A DNA stretch of 64,000 bases from Balanoglossus misakiensis (Eukaryota > Animalia > Hemichordata): NCBI GenBank assembly GCA_040954595.2, contig CM082579.2:15972550-16036549 (forward strand), read 5' to 3'. The position numbers and the translations under genes are program-made. The notes beneath the pieces are model-generated. The model was not told where the DNA came from. It ran no database searches and was given only the letters and a program-made list of their open reading frames with translations. This document shows, one piece after another, positions 38,774 to 50,718 of this stretch (positions are counted from its first letter, which is position 1; the number at the start of each line of letters is the position of its first letter).

Positions 38774-39436
38774 CACAGGGATTTATTCAGGGAACGTTTA
38801 AGTAAGAATTATATGATATAAACTGAATAAATTTGTTGTCGGTCAACTCTTCTGTCTTTGTCTTACCGATACGGGTCTAACCGGAACACTGAGGCTTCTC
38901 TGCTCATACACTACACATTATAAACAATGGATGATAAAATGCGCCCTCTTTTGGTGAACTCTGCCTACCGCCTGACCGCTCGCTTTCTAAAACTTTTTTG
39001 TTTACCCATGGAGATAAACTCGCTGTAAGCCTTATATTTAATATGGCGATCTCAACATGTAAACACACAAAAATAAATCAAACGCGAGTGGTTCGGACGT
39101 TAGGACAAGTTAAACGCATCATATTTGGAGTCGGTTAGGAGGCAGAAGTAGACAGGGAAAGGATTTTGCTTCGATAAAATCGAATTTTGGCCGAAAAAGC
39201 TGCGGTCCGGATCCAGACCGCAGAAGCACCAGTTTTTTCTATGGCGCCTTGCAGGGCTGTGGGTGGAGGCCGTGTAACGCCGGGAACACACAGACCTGTA
39301 CGCAGAGCTAAGAAGCCTCAGTGTTCCGGTTAGAACCGTATCGGTAAGACAAAGACAGAAGAGTTGACCGACAACAAAGTTATTCAGTTTATATCATATA
39401 ATTCTTACTTAAACGTTCCCTGAATAAATCCCTGTG
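38774..39436. mobile_element. MITE with ~125-bp TIRs and 7-bp TSD (P-element-like CA..TG ends)
   Basis: GTTGGAC|CACAGGGATTTATTCAGGG ... CCCTGAATAAATCCCTGTG|GTTGGAC. The superfamily is inferred from ends and TSD only. Confidence 0.85.
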
Positions 39437-42400
39437 GTTGGACCTAGACTAGTATGGGGTCCGATTTTTTTGGGCCAAATTTGGTGTGACCTCAGGTGAC
39501 CTTTGACCTACTTTCCCATATCTTGGATCCCCAGCAGATACAGCCTTGGCAATTGGGGGAATCGAACAGCTAATGGAGTCTGACACTTTGACTTATTATT
39601 TATGTGCATATCTCATTCCAGTCATCTTATCAATATTGCACTGTGTACGTAAAAAACAGCCATTTTGTTTTTCTTTTGGTATTTGTTGTATTTATTTGAA
39701 TCCAATACACACAAAGCTATATTACAAGCACAATAATCAGTATAAAATATTCCTCCACTGTCTGCACTGTAGACACTCTATATATGTGCATGCATAGATA
39801 TTCTTAATATAGAGATTCTCATATCTCTCTATTTTGTTCATATTGTGTCAGAAAATAGTCCAATGGCACATTGCGACATTATTTTACCGCAACCAAAACG
39901 TGTTGGGCAGGGTAGAATATGTGGGTGGAGAAAGGGCACATCACTGACACAGATTGAATTATGCTTATTTTGGTCAAAGACCAAATAATATAATTTAACT
40001 AAACCACTATACTGAATCGCATATTGTCTACATTAAGTCCCATTGATTTTGTCTTGCAAACATTCCGTGCACGAAGCATGCCAAAGAATTGGTCACAGGC
40101 GAAGTCCGAGTTGAGAGGTGCATAGCACTTGCTAGATGCGCGAATGTGTAAGACTTGAATGCTCGATGTGATGAATACAACAGGTTCGTTGGTCTACACG
40201 GAGTGCAATGTTTCAGAAGTGGTATCCCATGTATCAGGAACTTGCTGAAGAGTGAACAGTTCGTGCTGAACTGGTCGGATAGATTGGAGTGACACAGAAA
40301 ACAAGTAGAGTTCTGTCACTCCCAGTGAGTTGTGAAAGCCTACTGAAAAATCCTGCATAAAGGTAGCCAGAACTGATTGGCCTGCTTGACCTCTGTATTT
40401 ACATTTCTAATGTTTGCAGACTACTAGCTCATCAACTTCACCTAAGTAATAAATACCAGGTGTGAACATATCAACAACCCAGTCATTCAAACTCACATGA
40501 AATCTTATGTAATCATTACACTGATGTCAGTGCACTATAGTGGACTTTCTGCAAAATGTTCAACTTAAAAAATCATCTCCTGATACTATAAAAAGTAAAT
40601 CATGGTTTGGTGATGACAGGTGACATATTCTGAAAAAACAATCTTAATCTGGTAATATGAGTGTGGTTATCATTAAGATAACCCATTGTTCACTCTGTGT
40701 ACATTAACAAAAAGGAATCCTAAGATCTGAATAGTTACTATAATGGGATAGTGTGACATGAAAGTTAAAGCCATAACTGTTGAACACACCAAATACATTT
40801 GGCCTTCTGAGTATATGTATGGGTCAGTGCAGATCACGTGAAGATATAAATCAACTGTTGACAATAATAGCATATGGAATAAAACAAAAACTGATGACAA
40901 TAATTCAAGAATAAATATAGTTAAATATTAAACTTTTGTATGAATACAGTTACATCAGTTCTTGCAATCCATGCTGTGAATATTTTTCAAATAATTAACA
41001 TATTTATAGTGTAGTACTTATAGGAAAAAAATCAGGAAAGTCAAATTCCTTCATGTACTGTGGTGAATATCAGATTCTCTACACTAACAAATATAATAAC
41101 ATGACATAAAAATTAAATAACTAATAAATTATTGTGACTGACACGTCTATGATGCAAACCTGATAGTGTCAGTGTTTATGGGTTACTTTGGATCTGTAAA
41201 TAACCATGCTCATTCTAAATGTTTGGGATTAAAGCAATAGTGAGATTTCAGTGTACACTCTTTGCTTTATACACAGTGGTTCAATTATTGCTACTGGAGT
41301 TACAGCATGTTGTTCTACATAAATAGCAATGATGATCCACAGAATACAAGTCTGAATACTAGATATTACGGATAATTTTGGGATTGCCATTCCAGGATGT
41401 TTTTCTTAGTGCATGTATCCCCAAAAATTGAATCTTTGATGGGCTATTTGTATTGTTTTGTGAAAGCAACCATCCTGCACTGAAAGACCATACTATAATT
41501 CAAACAAGTTATTAAAATCGCTTCACAAATGTCTGTATAATGAATTTAACTTCAGTGTATTAAGCCATTCATGACAGCCTCAGAGACACAAAAGTAGACA
41601 GTGGTAATATCTAGTCATTCTGTAGATAACATAGTGAAAATAGATAAAAATATATTTCAAACATTTACAAAATGGAATTGAACATTGATAAACCTAGGCT
41701 ACCCTGGTGCTAATGTTTTTCCAATTATAAATCAATGTTTTACACATTTCCCCCAATGGTACTTTACATACAGTGTAATAAAACATCAATTAGAAATATT
41801 AAGTTGTGTAATCATACTTAAATTAACCTTCTTCCTAGAGAATTTTCAATGCACCATTTACCAACTTCCATTTCATTGTCAACAGAATGAAAATGCTTTG
41901 GTACATGATTGAAATCTTTCATTCAAGCTTTACTATTTTTTTTTTTGCAATTTTGGCAAATTTCTCATTATTAACTTGACACGTACAATGGTTTCTTTAA
42001 ATAAACCTTACTGATGGGTATTTACATAAAACATAGTGTGAACCTCTGATTCAGGCTGCATAATAAATATGACTAACTTGAATCATTAACAGATGCTACA
42101 TCCATCTATTCTGCAGTCCCGCATTGTATGAGTACACACTCATTCTAGTATGCACATGGATATTGGAATCTGCACATATTCCAAATGTTGTTGTCTGTAT
42201 ACATATAGGATCAGATGATGGGTGAAATATGCCAGCACAGTGTTCTCCAAAGAACAATTAAAGCATGGTGGCTACCACTGTTATTCTTAAATTTTGAGAA
42301 AGCAATATCACTAACATAATGATTACATTGTTATGGATATTATCCACCTACCTTTCCCAAAATCCTGTGGAGAACACTGTGTAAGCAGTAATGCAAACAA

Positions 42401-43120
42401 GGCTATTGGGATTGTTATTACTCACACTTTTGATATCATATATTGTCTGTTAATTACAGTAACAAAGTGTCAGGTTGGAATTATGACATACATTCATGTA
42501 GGACTAAAACTGTGAGTTTTGATGAAATCAGGTGAAATACATATCTCAATTGACAGTACTGGAATAAATAAAATCATCAAGAAATGACAGTCGGGTGCAT
42601 TTAATGGATAACATCACAACAACATGGTAACACCCATAACATTTTGGGTATAGTCAAATAAAAGTCATGTCACGCATCAGAAATCATAAACGGCCACCAC
42701 TGACTTCTTTTTTTGTAGCACGTTATAAATTGGTGTGCTTTAATATACATAAATAAGCAGGTATGTGTGCACAATGACCTACAACATGATAATATCATGT
42801 CACTATAATGATGATCCATGTAAATGATTGCATGTGAACATGTCATTTCAATAAAATCACTGCAGCCATGTCAAACAAATGGCTCTGAAATGATAGACAA
42901 TCAAATACTAGTCTCCCATCACACAAAAACAGTAACAGCTTGATATCAAATGTGACAATTAGCACCAGGGTAACCTAAGAGTAACATGTTAATTTGTTTT
43001 TCAACCCCCCACCCCAACAATTCCCAAATGGGGACCCGTAAGTCTCAAACCCCATTATCCCTCCCACCAGTTGTATGTAACACGGGTTTTAATTACTATA
43101 TGCATAATGCCTTAATGATG

Positions 43121-43480
43121 TTAATGCTGATGGCTTAATGTAAACTGACAGAAGTACTTTGGCAGTATTTCAACTCCAATATTTTCTGTTCCTTTCACAT
43201 ACACATGGTCAATCAATGTACAAGCTTCTGTAGTTAGATTGCTCAAATGTTGCTTGAAACCAAGGTCTTGCATTACATTGACAAGAGATGATTTAAATAT
43301 TTTCATTGATGTCACCCATGATCACTGAAGCACCTGCATACATTTACATTTCCTTTCATCAACAGAAGTAAGTTTTTCCTGAACACCTCTGCTTTATATG
43401 ATGGTGGTCTTAAATTACTGCTACCACCGTATTAATGATTTGCACAGAGGCTGGTGATTGAATTTCAATCCATTCACTGG
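43121..43480 (-). pseudogene. Degenerate duplicate of the RepHel C-terminal endonuclease segment
   Basis: DLGFKQHLSNLTTEACTLIDHVYVKG mirrors DHGFKQHVSKPTTEAGTLIDHVYVKG of the main ORF, with a frameshift upstream. Confidence 0.85.
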
Positions 43481-43554
43481 TACCTCACTTGTATTAAATT
43501 TGCTTCTCAGATCACCATGTTTGGTCAAACATTGTAGATATTACAATGAGTCTC

Positions 43555-46500
43555 TCAATAGATCTTAATGCTGATGGCTTCATGAAAACTGAAGTACTTT
43601 GGCACAATGTCAACTTCCACCTTTCCTGCTCCTTTCACATACACATGGTCAATCAATGTACCAGCTTCTGTGGTTGGTTTGCTCACGTGTTGTTTGAAAC
43701 CATGGTCTTCCATGAGTTTCACAAGAGACGATGAGGTTAAAATATTTTCATTGAAATCACCCATGATCACTGTAGCACCTGAATACTTTGACATTTCCTT
43801 CACCAACAGAAGAAGGTTTTTCCTGAATGCGACTGCTTTATAGGATGATGGTCTGTAAATTACTGCTACCACCGTGTTGATGTCTTTGACATAAAATGTA
43901 AGATATTCCAAGTTACTAACAGGCAAATCCAAAATTTCAACAGATTGACTTCCTTTGACGTAGAGGCCAACACCACCATGATGTTGCAACTGCAACTGTG
44001 AAGTATTCATATCAAAGTTGTTATACGATTTTGACCGAGGCTTGTGACTGAATTCAAATCCATTCACTATCACATCACATTTTGTCTGGTTTTCAGTTAG
44101 CCATGTTTCCGTCAAACAAATAAAGTCTGACTCCAAGTATTCCTTGCCACTACGAATATCTTCCATGTGGTTCAGAAGACCTTCAACATTATGAAGTATA
44201 AAAGAGCATCTATAGTTTGGCTGTAATTGCTCAAAGCACCCATCAACAAACTTTGGCATCATTTCCAAGGCTGCTTGAACCTTTTCATTGCAATATATAG
44301 AAGATGTCTTAAATTCATCAATTATTAGCCCATCTAATGATGTCACTCGACTCAATGCAACATATGCCTGTCCTGGTGCAAACATCTTCTTTAAACTGAC
44401 AACAGCTTTTTCAACTGTTAATCCCTGTACCTTATGCACTGTACATGCCCATGCTAGTTTCAGAGGAAATTGTCTCCTAATACCACCATTACTTGCAACA
44501 GACATTTCCTGAGGTTCTATACGGGTGGTGTTTTCAGGAAGGTCAGATATATTTACACGGTTCTTGTTTCGCAATCCTTGGCCAACTTTCACATTGTCAA
44601 ATACAACATAAACAGCAGTTGGAAAGCTTTCATTTGGTTTCACATCAATGTGACATACTGATCCAAATACACCATTCACCAATCCATCAGAGACATCAAT
44701 ATTTTGTGTCAGTTGCACTCGTGCACCCTTAGCTAGAGTGAGAGTCTTTGGTAAAGTGGTCCTATAGACCTTGGCATGATGGCCTTCCTTTCTTTGGAGT
44801 TTCCCAGTCTTAGTATTCTTACTAAAATCTTGTGCTTCAATACATACAGGATCAGAGCACAAGGAATGTAGCATTGTGATATTGCAATTGTTGACTTCTG
44901 CATTTGTAGCAAAGATGTGAATTGCCTCAGATGCTTCACCAGTCACACGGTTATTGAACATTTCTAGATCATTTGCACTCAGTGTGTGCCCTTTCTTGTG
45001 AATTCTTACTCTATTTAGTGCTTCTGCAAATGCACAGTCCTTTTGTCTCATTATTTCAGTGAGTTCCACAATTTTGAAATTATTCCACATATTGATGGCA
45101 TCATTTTCCACACACAGTGGACTTGCTTTCACAGGTGGCAGCTGATAAAAGTCACCCACAGCAATAACACACACATTTCCAAATGGTGAACCACTTGGTG
45201 TTTGTTTGATTTGACGTAATCGTCCATGTACGTAGTGAAATAATTTTCTGTCTACCATAGAAATCTCATCTATTATTAAAATCTGAAGATTTCCCAATTT
45301 GGAACGAAGAGTGTTGAGTTTTTCTTCACGTAGTGGCTCATATGGTAGTTTTGAGTCTACTGCTATTGAAAATGCATGATGGAGAGTTTCACCTCCTACA
45401 TTAAATGCTGCAACTCCAGTTGAGGCTGTTACCTGTACTGATTTTTCATCTGGGTTAGCCATTACACGAGATAGAATTCGTTTGGCTTCATGATATATGG
45501 TTTTGATTAAATGGCTTTTCCCTGTGCCAGCACCACCACTGACAAACAAATAAAGAGGTTCTGGGTTCTTGCCATTGCTTTTATCCAGACACCACTGTCT
45601 GACATTATAAAAGACTTCTGCCTGTTTCCTGTTCAGTGACCTACACATTGCTTGAACATCAGCCCTCCTTACTTCAGAGGTAGAAATTTCTATGTGGCAA
45701 TCACCTTTTGGTTTGTGCACCAAATCTGGCATATCCTCCTCATTTACATCATCATCAGGCAATTGTTGACGTTCATCAATGCATTCTAATCTGTCTATTT
45801 CACTTTCTGGACAGATTTGGGCCCATGCGTCCTCCAGAGGACCACTTCCTTCAAGGAGCTCTTCAGCTAAATCAACGGCATCAGCCTCTTTCTCAAACAT
45901 TGCTTTATTTGCATCTACTATGACTTTCACTGTTTGTATAGAAGCAGATCCACACTTCACTGCACCCGCAGAATAGAAATTTTCATATGTTTCAAACCCA
46001 TTTGGTTTCAATTGGGAATCAACCCAGTGTGGCAAGAAGAGTTCTAACATAGTGCGGTAATACTTTTCTGGAAATTTGGTCACAGAAAATCTTGCATATC
46101 TAATGACAGCTGGATCAGTTCGAGATCGTTTTTGCATGTAACCTGCACCATTTTCCAACTTGACTATTGCATTTGCACGTTTCTCAGTGGTGGTATTTGT
46201 CACTTCTGATTTTGACACTATTCGATATTCTGAACAAAATGTCGCAAGACACATGTCGTCAAACTCGTCATCATTTGGTCTGTTCTTGTATCTGTCTACA
46301 ATGCTATTGTACCAGATATCATCCTCATTCAAATCATCTCCTGTCATTTTGCTACGTATTACACTCAATGGCAAACTCATTTTCATAGGGGTTTCTCCAG
46401 TTGGAATGAACTGGACTTTTCGAGATGATTGCTTCAGTTTCAATCCACACAGTCTATATACAGCCTCTTGAGCACTTACTTCTCTGTTGTGCAGATAAAC

Positions 46501-49500
46501 ACTGCCTAATTGTTTCAGTGCAGATTTAGCATCCACATTTCCCTCTTTGTTTGCTTCTCTCTGTGCATTTTCCAGCAGTAAACCCATTTCTCTCTCTGCC
46601 TTAGAGATATATGACACAATGTACACAACACAGGCATAAGCATCCACAACAAATTGAATGTCCATGTTTGCATCCCAGCAACTGAGAAGGTTAGAATTGT
46701 ATTGGTTTACCCAAACATCATTTGGTTCACGCTTTAATACTACACTTGTCTTTCTTGCTAAAATTGCATGTGCTTTCTCAAACATCTCCTGAGAAATGCT
46801 GACTTCATTAAACAGTGCATCAACCGAATCAATCTGTTTCTCTTTGTCATGCAGGCATGTCCACACTTTTTCCAAAATATTCCTAGCAGCCATCTGGCTC
46901 ATCACATTCTCAATTAACTGAGTCGTGTCACTTTGACATTTCTCTTCAAGTGTTGCGTTATCGTCATCAAGGTTTGAGTTCTCACCTTCACCTGTCATTT
47001 CTATATCTATATCAGGACGGCATATGAACGTTTTCTTTGATGGTGGTCGTGGAAAGTTGAATCTGCATCTAGTGCCCTTTTTCTTGCAAGATTTGGAGTG
47101 CCTTGAGCTGTGTTTCTGAACTTTATTCACAATCTCTTGCAATTCCTCATCCTCCTCAACAGAAGGCATTTGACATGTTACATATCTGTCAACAAAATCA
47201 ACTACATCTTCATCAGTATCTCTATCAACCTTTGGTGCATTTTCAACCCAAAATAGGCAGTGTGTATGTGGTGAGCCTCGTTGTTGAAACTCGACTCGAT
47301 AAAAATAATCTTTGATATTTCCAATAGGATTGGCTGGTGACATGATGACTTCTCTCAGAAAACAATGAAATCTGTGATCAAACATTCTGGCTGCTGTTAC
47401 AGGATTTCGTCTCAAGATAGCACATTTCTCAGACCATTCAAGATCCTCAGCATTACGTACATCTCCTTCTCCACGAAGTATAGTCTCAATAACTTCTTTC
47501 CACCGTAAATCGGCAGCAGAAAATGAGCAAAACCATGTTGGTATACCCAACTGTCTGATCATTGCAAACAGGTCTTTTTGTGTTGCTTGCCAATAAGGAG
47601 GAGTTCCTCTTATAGGTTTTAAAAACTTATAGCCTTCATCAGACTTCAAAATCTGTTTCAAAGATTCACTGTCACTTAAAACATCAGATGTCACTTTTTT
47701 GCCACAAGCATTAGCAGTTCCTTTCCTCAAAGCAATTGACACATTGGATACAACCTGGTTAATTTCAGACAGATATTGCGCATAAAAGATATAGTCTGTG
47801 CTTTTTGAAAATCTGTTACTTGCATTCATTACACGACCTTGCAGGTATCGTCCTATTGTTATCCTAACCTCTCGGTCATCGTGAAATGTGGGTGACCCAG
47901 TTGGGAATAGCACAGGAAAGCACTTAGCTTCATTCAACTTTTCCATCAACAGACAAACAGGTTTATTACCCTCTGCTGGAGCAACACAAGATATATCCTC
48001 AAAGTGATAATCAAGAATATCCTGACCTATGTCAATTGGTTGGAGGCATGTGTCCATCAATATTCCATTAGTATCTTTGTTGGACACATTGTTATCTTCT
48101 GTGTCTGATGACACATCATTACTTTCAGTATCTGAAACATTTCCTTTGGTCTTTTCATTGTTTACATCATTGCTTTTGGTGTTACACTTTTCTGATTCGC
48201 TTTCAGCATCTGAAATAACTTCTTCAGTCTTTTCAAGAGTATTTTTCCAATTCATATTGAATGTTATATCACTGTAATACTGATTATTTGTCTGTAGGTA
48301 TTCCAAAGCATTCTGAATGTGTCGTTTGTTTACAAACTGATACTCATAGTAACCTTTATAACTCAGCTTTCGCTTCAATTTGACCCTTATCATCTGATCA
48401 TCAAACTCATTTCGAGGCAAAATATTTGTAGCCTTCTTTATATCAGAAGGGACACACACTACAGGTCCATGGACTCCATTCTGACCACCCTTAGGTAATG
48501 CCAACATTTTCATGAATGGAATATTTAATGCAATTAAATGTTGCTCAAGTGAGTTGAGGCATTTCAATTCAGGAGGGACTGATGTGACATGAAGGTTGTT
48601 TGCAACAGCTTGAACTGGCATCTCTCCACGTAAAAGTTTTCTATGGCATGTGAAACAAATCCACAATTTACTGGCTGCATTATTCTTGAGAGGGCAGTCA
48701 GCCATACATGTTGGGGCACATTTGTGAACATATTCTTCTGATATACATTTCACAGCAATATCAGATGTAATTCTGTTACTGTAATATTTATCCTTGTTGC
48801 AAACAATTACTTGTTTCCTGAAAAGTCGACGATGACAAACTGAACATACACAATTTGGACCTTCTGAGGCAGTATTTCTAAAATTAGCAATAACATGCTG
48901 AACATTTTGCTTGTCAATGTCATTCTGTATCATCTGACACCTGCTTCTCTTCAATACATTATCTTTGTAATGAGGGTTATTCTCATATCGTTGAATACTC
49001 TGTGTCTTCTTTGATTCACGAAAGTTTACATCTTGGTGATATTTTTGGGATAGTTGTGCTTTATGTGCTTCCCGAAAATCAGGATTTTGGTTGTAATTCA
49101 CTCTTATGCGTGCCTTCTGTGCCTCCCGAAAATCAGGATTTTGTTCATAATTTACTCTTATGCGTGCCTTCTGTGCCTCCCGAAAATCAGGATTTTCTTT
49201 ATAATTTACTCTTATGCGTGCCTTCTTTGCTTCCCGCAAATCAGGATTTTGTTCATATTTAACCCTGGACTGTGTCTTTTTGGCCTCCCGATAGTCGGGA
49301 TTTTGTTCATATAAATCTTTCATTTTCTGTCTCTTACTTTCTCGGATCTGATGATAATGCTGTCTACTTTTCAGCTTCTTCATCTCTCTATATTGAGTAT
49401 TACTATGATACAATTCAGATTCAGATGTTGCCCTGCACCTCTTTGCAGTGGTCTCATTACGTTCAGATTTTTCTTTTCTAATTTTCTTACGTAATCGTTC

Positions 49501-50718
49501 ACTCATTGCTGGTCTCTTACCTCTTCCTTTTGTAACACTTTTAGTTTCATCACTCACGTGGAAATTTCCTTTCTTGTCCAATGGACTCTTTAGTGGAACA
49601 CAACTGCCACTATCTGCCTCATTGTGGAATTCATTAGTCATACCTTCACTTGAGACAAGTTCAACACATTCAATGTGTGTAGAGTCAGATGTTACCATCT
49701 CAGGTGCTTTTACACTATTGACAATTTCAAAATGGTCTCTGTTGCGATGGTTCAGGTATATACCTACACCTTTATCAACATTACTTTTATTAATTGCATT
49801 ACAATAATGTCTTAGCCATGTTCCAGAACTATACACATAGATGTCAGTTTGTAAGAGATCGGCAGCGGCCAAGATCTCATTTTCGGAACCCCAGATTGTT
49901 AGACAATTCATTCTAGACTTTGCAATATAATCAGCAACTGATGTATATCCTTGGTCTTGGTCCAGCCAACCAAAATATGCACTGTCATTTGCAATCATGT
50001 GGTTTACAATGGCCTTTCGCATTACAGCATGGTTACGTTCACTGCCACTAATGGCATACGACAAAGCTCTAAACAAACAATTACCATCACCGATAATAGA
50101 CTTCATATTGCATGGTTCACCAATTTCAACACTACGAATTTCATCGAGCATTTCAACTTTATTTCCATATTTTATGTGAAGCTTACAGCATAACTCTTGG
50201 CATATGGTGGTGGTTACAGGAGAGAAAACAAATTCATTCGGGGTAACATTCTGAATAATACATTCATTGTCATTTCTCTTGTGTGCAATATCAACTGCTT
50301 TCTCAATCTGTAAATTTCCATTAACACAAGTGACAATGTCACCATTTGCAGGTACCCTAGAATCATTGGTTCCCCGAAGGGAAGTTTCAAAGTTTTCACC
50401 CTTCGAACACCGAAGGTTTGAACCCCGAAGGGAAGTTTCACAGTTTTGATCCTTCGAACACCGAAGGCTGGCACCCCGAAGGGTATTGTCGCTGAGATTA
50501 TAGAGGGCAGCATCCTCTTTGATTACGTCGCTGTTTTTTGAGAGGGCAGCATCCTCTGTCATATCGAAGCTGTTTTTTGAGAGGGCAGCATCCTCTGTCA
50601 TATCGAAGCTGTTTTTTGAGAGGGCAGCATCCTCTGTCATATCGAAGCTGTTTTTTGAGAGGGCAGCATCCTCTTTCATCTGACTCCTCTTCTTCCTCCA
50701 GTTCCTAGAGCGTGGCAT
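43555..50718 (-). CDS. Helentron RepHel protein, 2387 aa: OTU protease, Cys-rich region, HUH Rep, PIF1 helicase, EEP/APE endonuclease
   Basis: OTU: GDGNCLFRALS..WGSENEI..HFE. Rep: RVEFQQRGSPHTHCLFW, YIVSYISK. PIF1: GGAGTGKS, IIDEISMV, GDFYQLPPV, QFPLKLAWACTVHKVQG. EN: HNVEGL, CLTETWL, MGDFNE, LIDHVY. The ORF is uninterrupted. Confidence 0.97.
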   Translation of the reverse strand: MPRSRNWRKKRSQMKEDAALSKNSFDMTEDAALSKNSFDMTEDAALSKNSFDMTEDAALSKNSDVIKEDAALYNLSDNTLRGASLRCSKDQNCETSLRGSNLRCSKGENFETSLRGTNDSRVPANGDIVTCVNGNLQIEKAVDIAHKRNDNECIIQNVTPNEFVFSPVTTTICQELCCKLHIKYGNKVEMLDEIRSVEIGEPCNMKSIIGDGNCLFRALSYAISGSERNHAVMRKAIVNHMIANDSAYFGWLDQDQGYTSVADYIAKSRMNCLTIWGSENEILAAADLLQTDIYVYSSGTWLRHYCNAINKSNVDKGVGIYLNHRNRDHFEIVNSVKAPEMVTSDSTHIECVELVSSEGMTNEFHNEADSGSCVPLKSPLDKKGNFHVSDETKSVTKGRGKRPAMSERLRKKIRKEKSERNETTAKRCRATSESELYHSNTQYREMKKLKSRQHYHQIRESKRQKMKDLYEQNPDYREAKKTQSRVKYEQNPDLREAKKARIRVNYKENPDFREAQKARIRVNYEQNPDFREAQKARIRVNYNQNPDFREAHKAQLSQKYHQDVNFRESKKTQSIQRYENNPHYKDNVLKRSRCQMIQNDIDKQNVQHVIANFRNTASEGPNCVCSVCHRRLFRKQVIVCNKDKYYSNRITSDIAVKCISEEYVHKCAPTCMADCPLKNNAASKLWICFTCHRKLLRGEMPVQAVANNLHVTSVPPELKCLNSLEQHLIALNIPFMKMLALPKGGQNGVHGPVVCVPSDIKKATNILPRNEFDDQMIRVKLKRKLSYKGYYEYQFVNKRHIQNALEYLQTNNQYYSDITFNMNWKNTLEKTEEVISDAESESEKCNTKSNDVNNEKTKGNVSDTESNDVSSDTEDNNVSNKDTNGILMDTCLQPIDIGQDILDYHFEDISCVAPAEGNKPVCLLMEKLNEAKCFPVLFPTGSPTFHDDREVRITIGRYLQGRVMNASNRFSKSTDYIFYAQYLSEINQVVSNVSIALRKGTANACGKKVTSDVLSDSESLKQILKSDEGYKFLKPIRGTPPYWQATQKDLFAMIRQLGIPTWFCSFSAADLRWKEVIETILRGEGDVRNAEDLEWSEKCAILRRNPVTAARMFDHRFHCFLREVIMSPANPIGNIKDYFYRVEFQQRGSPHTHCLFWVENAPKVDRDTDEDVVDFVDRYVTCQMPSVEEDEELQEIVNKVQKHSSRHSKSCKKKGTRCRFNFPRPPSKKTFICRPDIDIEMTGEGENSNLDDDNATLEEKCQSDTTQLIENVMSQMAARNILEKVWTCLHDKEKQIDSVDALFNEVSISQEMFEKAHAILARKTSVVLKREPNDVWVNQYNSNLLSCWDANMDIQFVVDAYACVVYIVSYISKAEREMGLLLENAQREANKEGNVDAKSALKQLGSVYLHNREVSAQEAVYRLCGLKLKQSSRKVQFIPTGETPMKMSLPLSVIRSKMTGDDLNEDDIWYNSIVDRYKNRPNDDEFDDMCLATFCSEYRIVSKSEVTNTTTEKRANAIVKLENGAGYMQKRSRTDPAVIRYARFSVTKFPEKYYRTMLELFLPHWVDSQLKPNGFETYENFYSAGAVKCGSASIQTVKVIVDANKAMFEKEADAVDLAEELLEGSGPLEDAWAQICPESEIDRLECIDERQQLPDDDVNEEDMPDLVHKPKGDCHIEISTSEVRRADVQAMCRSLNRKQAEVFYNVRQWCLDKSNGKNPEPLYLFVSGGAGTGKSHLIKTIYHEAKRILSRVMANPDEKSVQVTASTGVAAFNVGGETLHHAFSIAVDSKLPYEPLREEKLNTLRSKLGNLQILIIDEISMVDRKLFHYVHGRLRQIKQTPSGSPFGNVCVIAVGDFYQLPPVKASPLCVENDAINMWNNFKIVELTEIMRQKDCAFAEALNRVRIHKKGHTLSANDLEMFNNRVTGEASEAIHIFATNAEVNNCNITMLHSLCSDPVCIEAQDFSKNTKTGKLQRKEGHHAKVYRTTLPKTLTLAKGARVQLTQNIDVSDGLVNGVFGSVCHIDVKPNESFPTAVYVVFDNVKVGQGLRNKNRVNISDLPENTTRIEPQEMSVASNGGIRRQFPLKLAWACTVHKVQGLTVEKAVVSLKKMFAPGQAYVALSRVTSLDGLIIDEFKTSSIYCNEKVQAALEMMPKFVDGCFEQLQPNYRCSFILHNVEGLLNHMEDIRSGKEYLESDFICLTETWLTENQTKCDVIVNGFEFSHKPRSKSYNNFDMNTSQLQLQHHGGVGLYVKGSQSVEILDLPVSNLEYLTFYVKDINTVVAVIYRPSSYKAVAFRKNLLLLVKEMSKYSGATVIMGDFNENILTSSSLVKLMEDHGFKQHVSKPTTEAGTLIDHVYVKGAGKVEVDIVPKYFSFHEAISIKIY

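Noticed and set aside
40168-40250. C/D box snoRNA (GTGATGA ... CTGA)
   Set aside because: No terminal stem or recognisable rRNA guide; such short motifs occur by chance.
43546-50513. Many short plus-strand and alternate-frame ORFs over RepHel
   Set aside because: Shadow ORFs of the long coding sequence.
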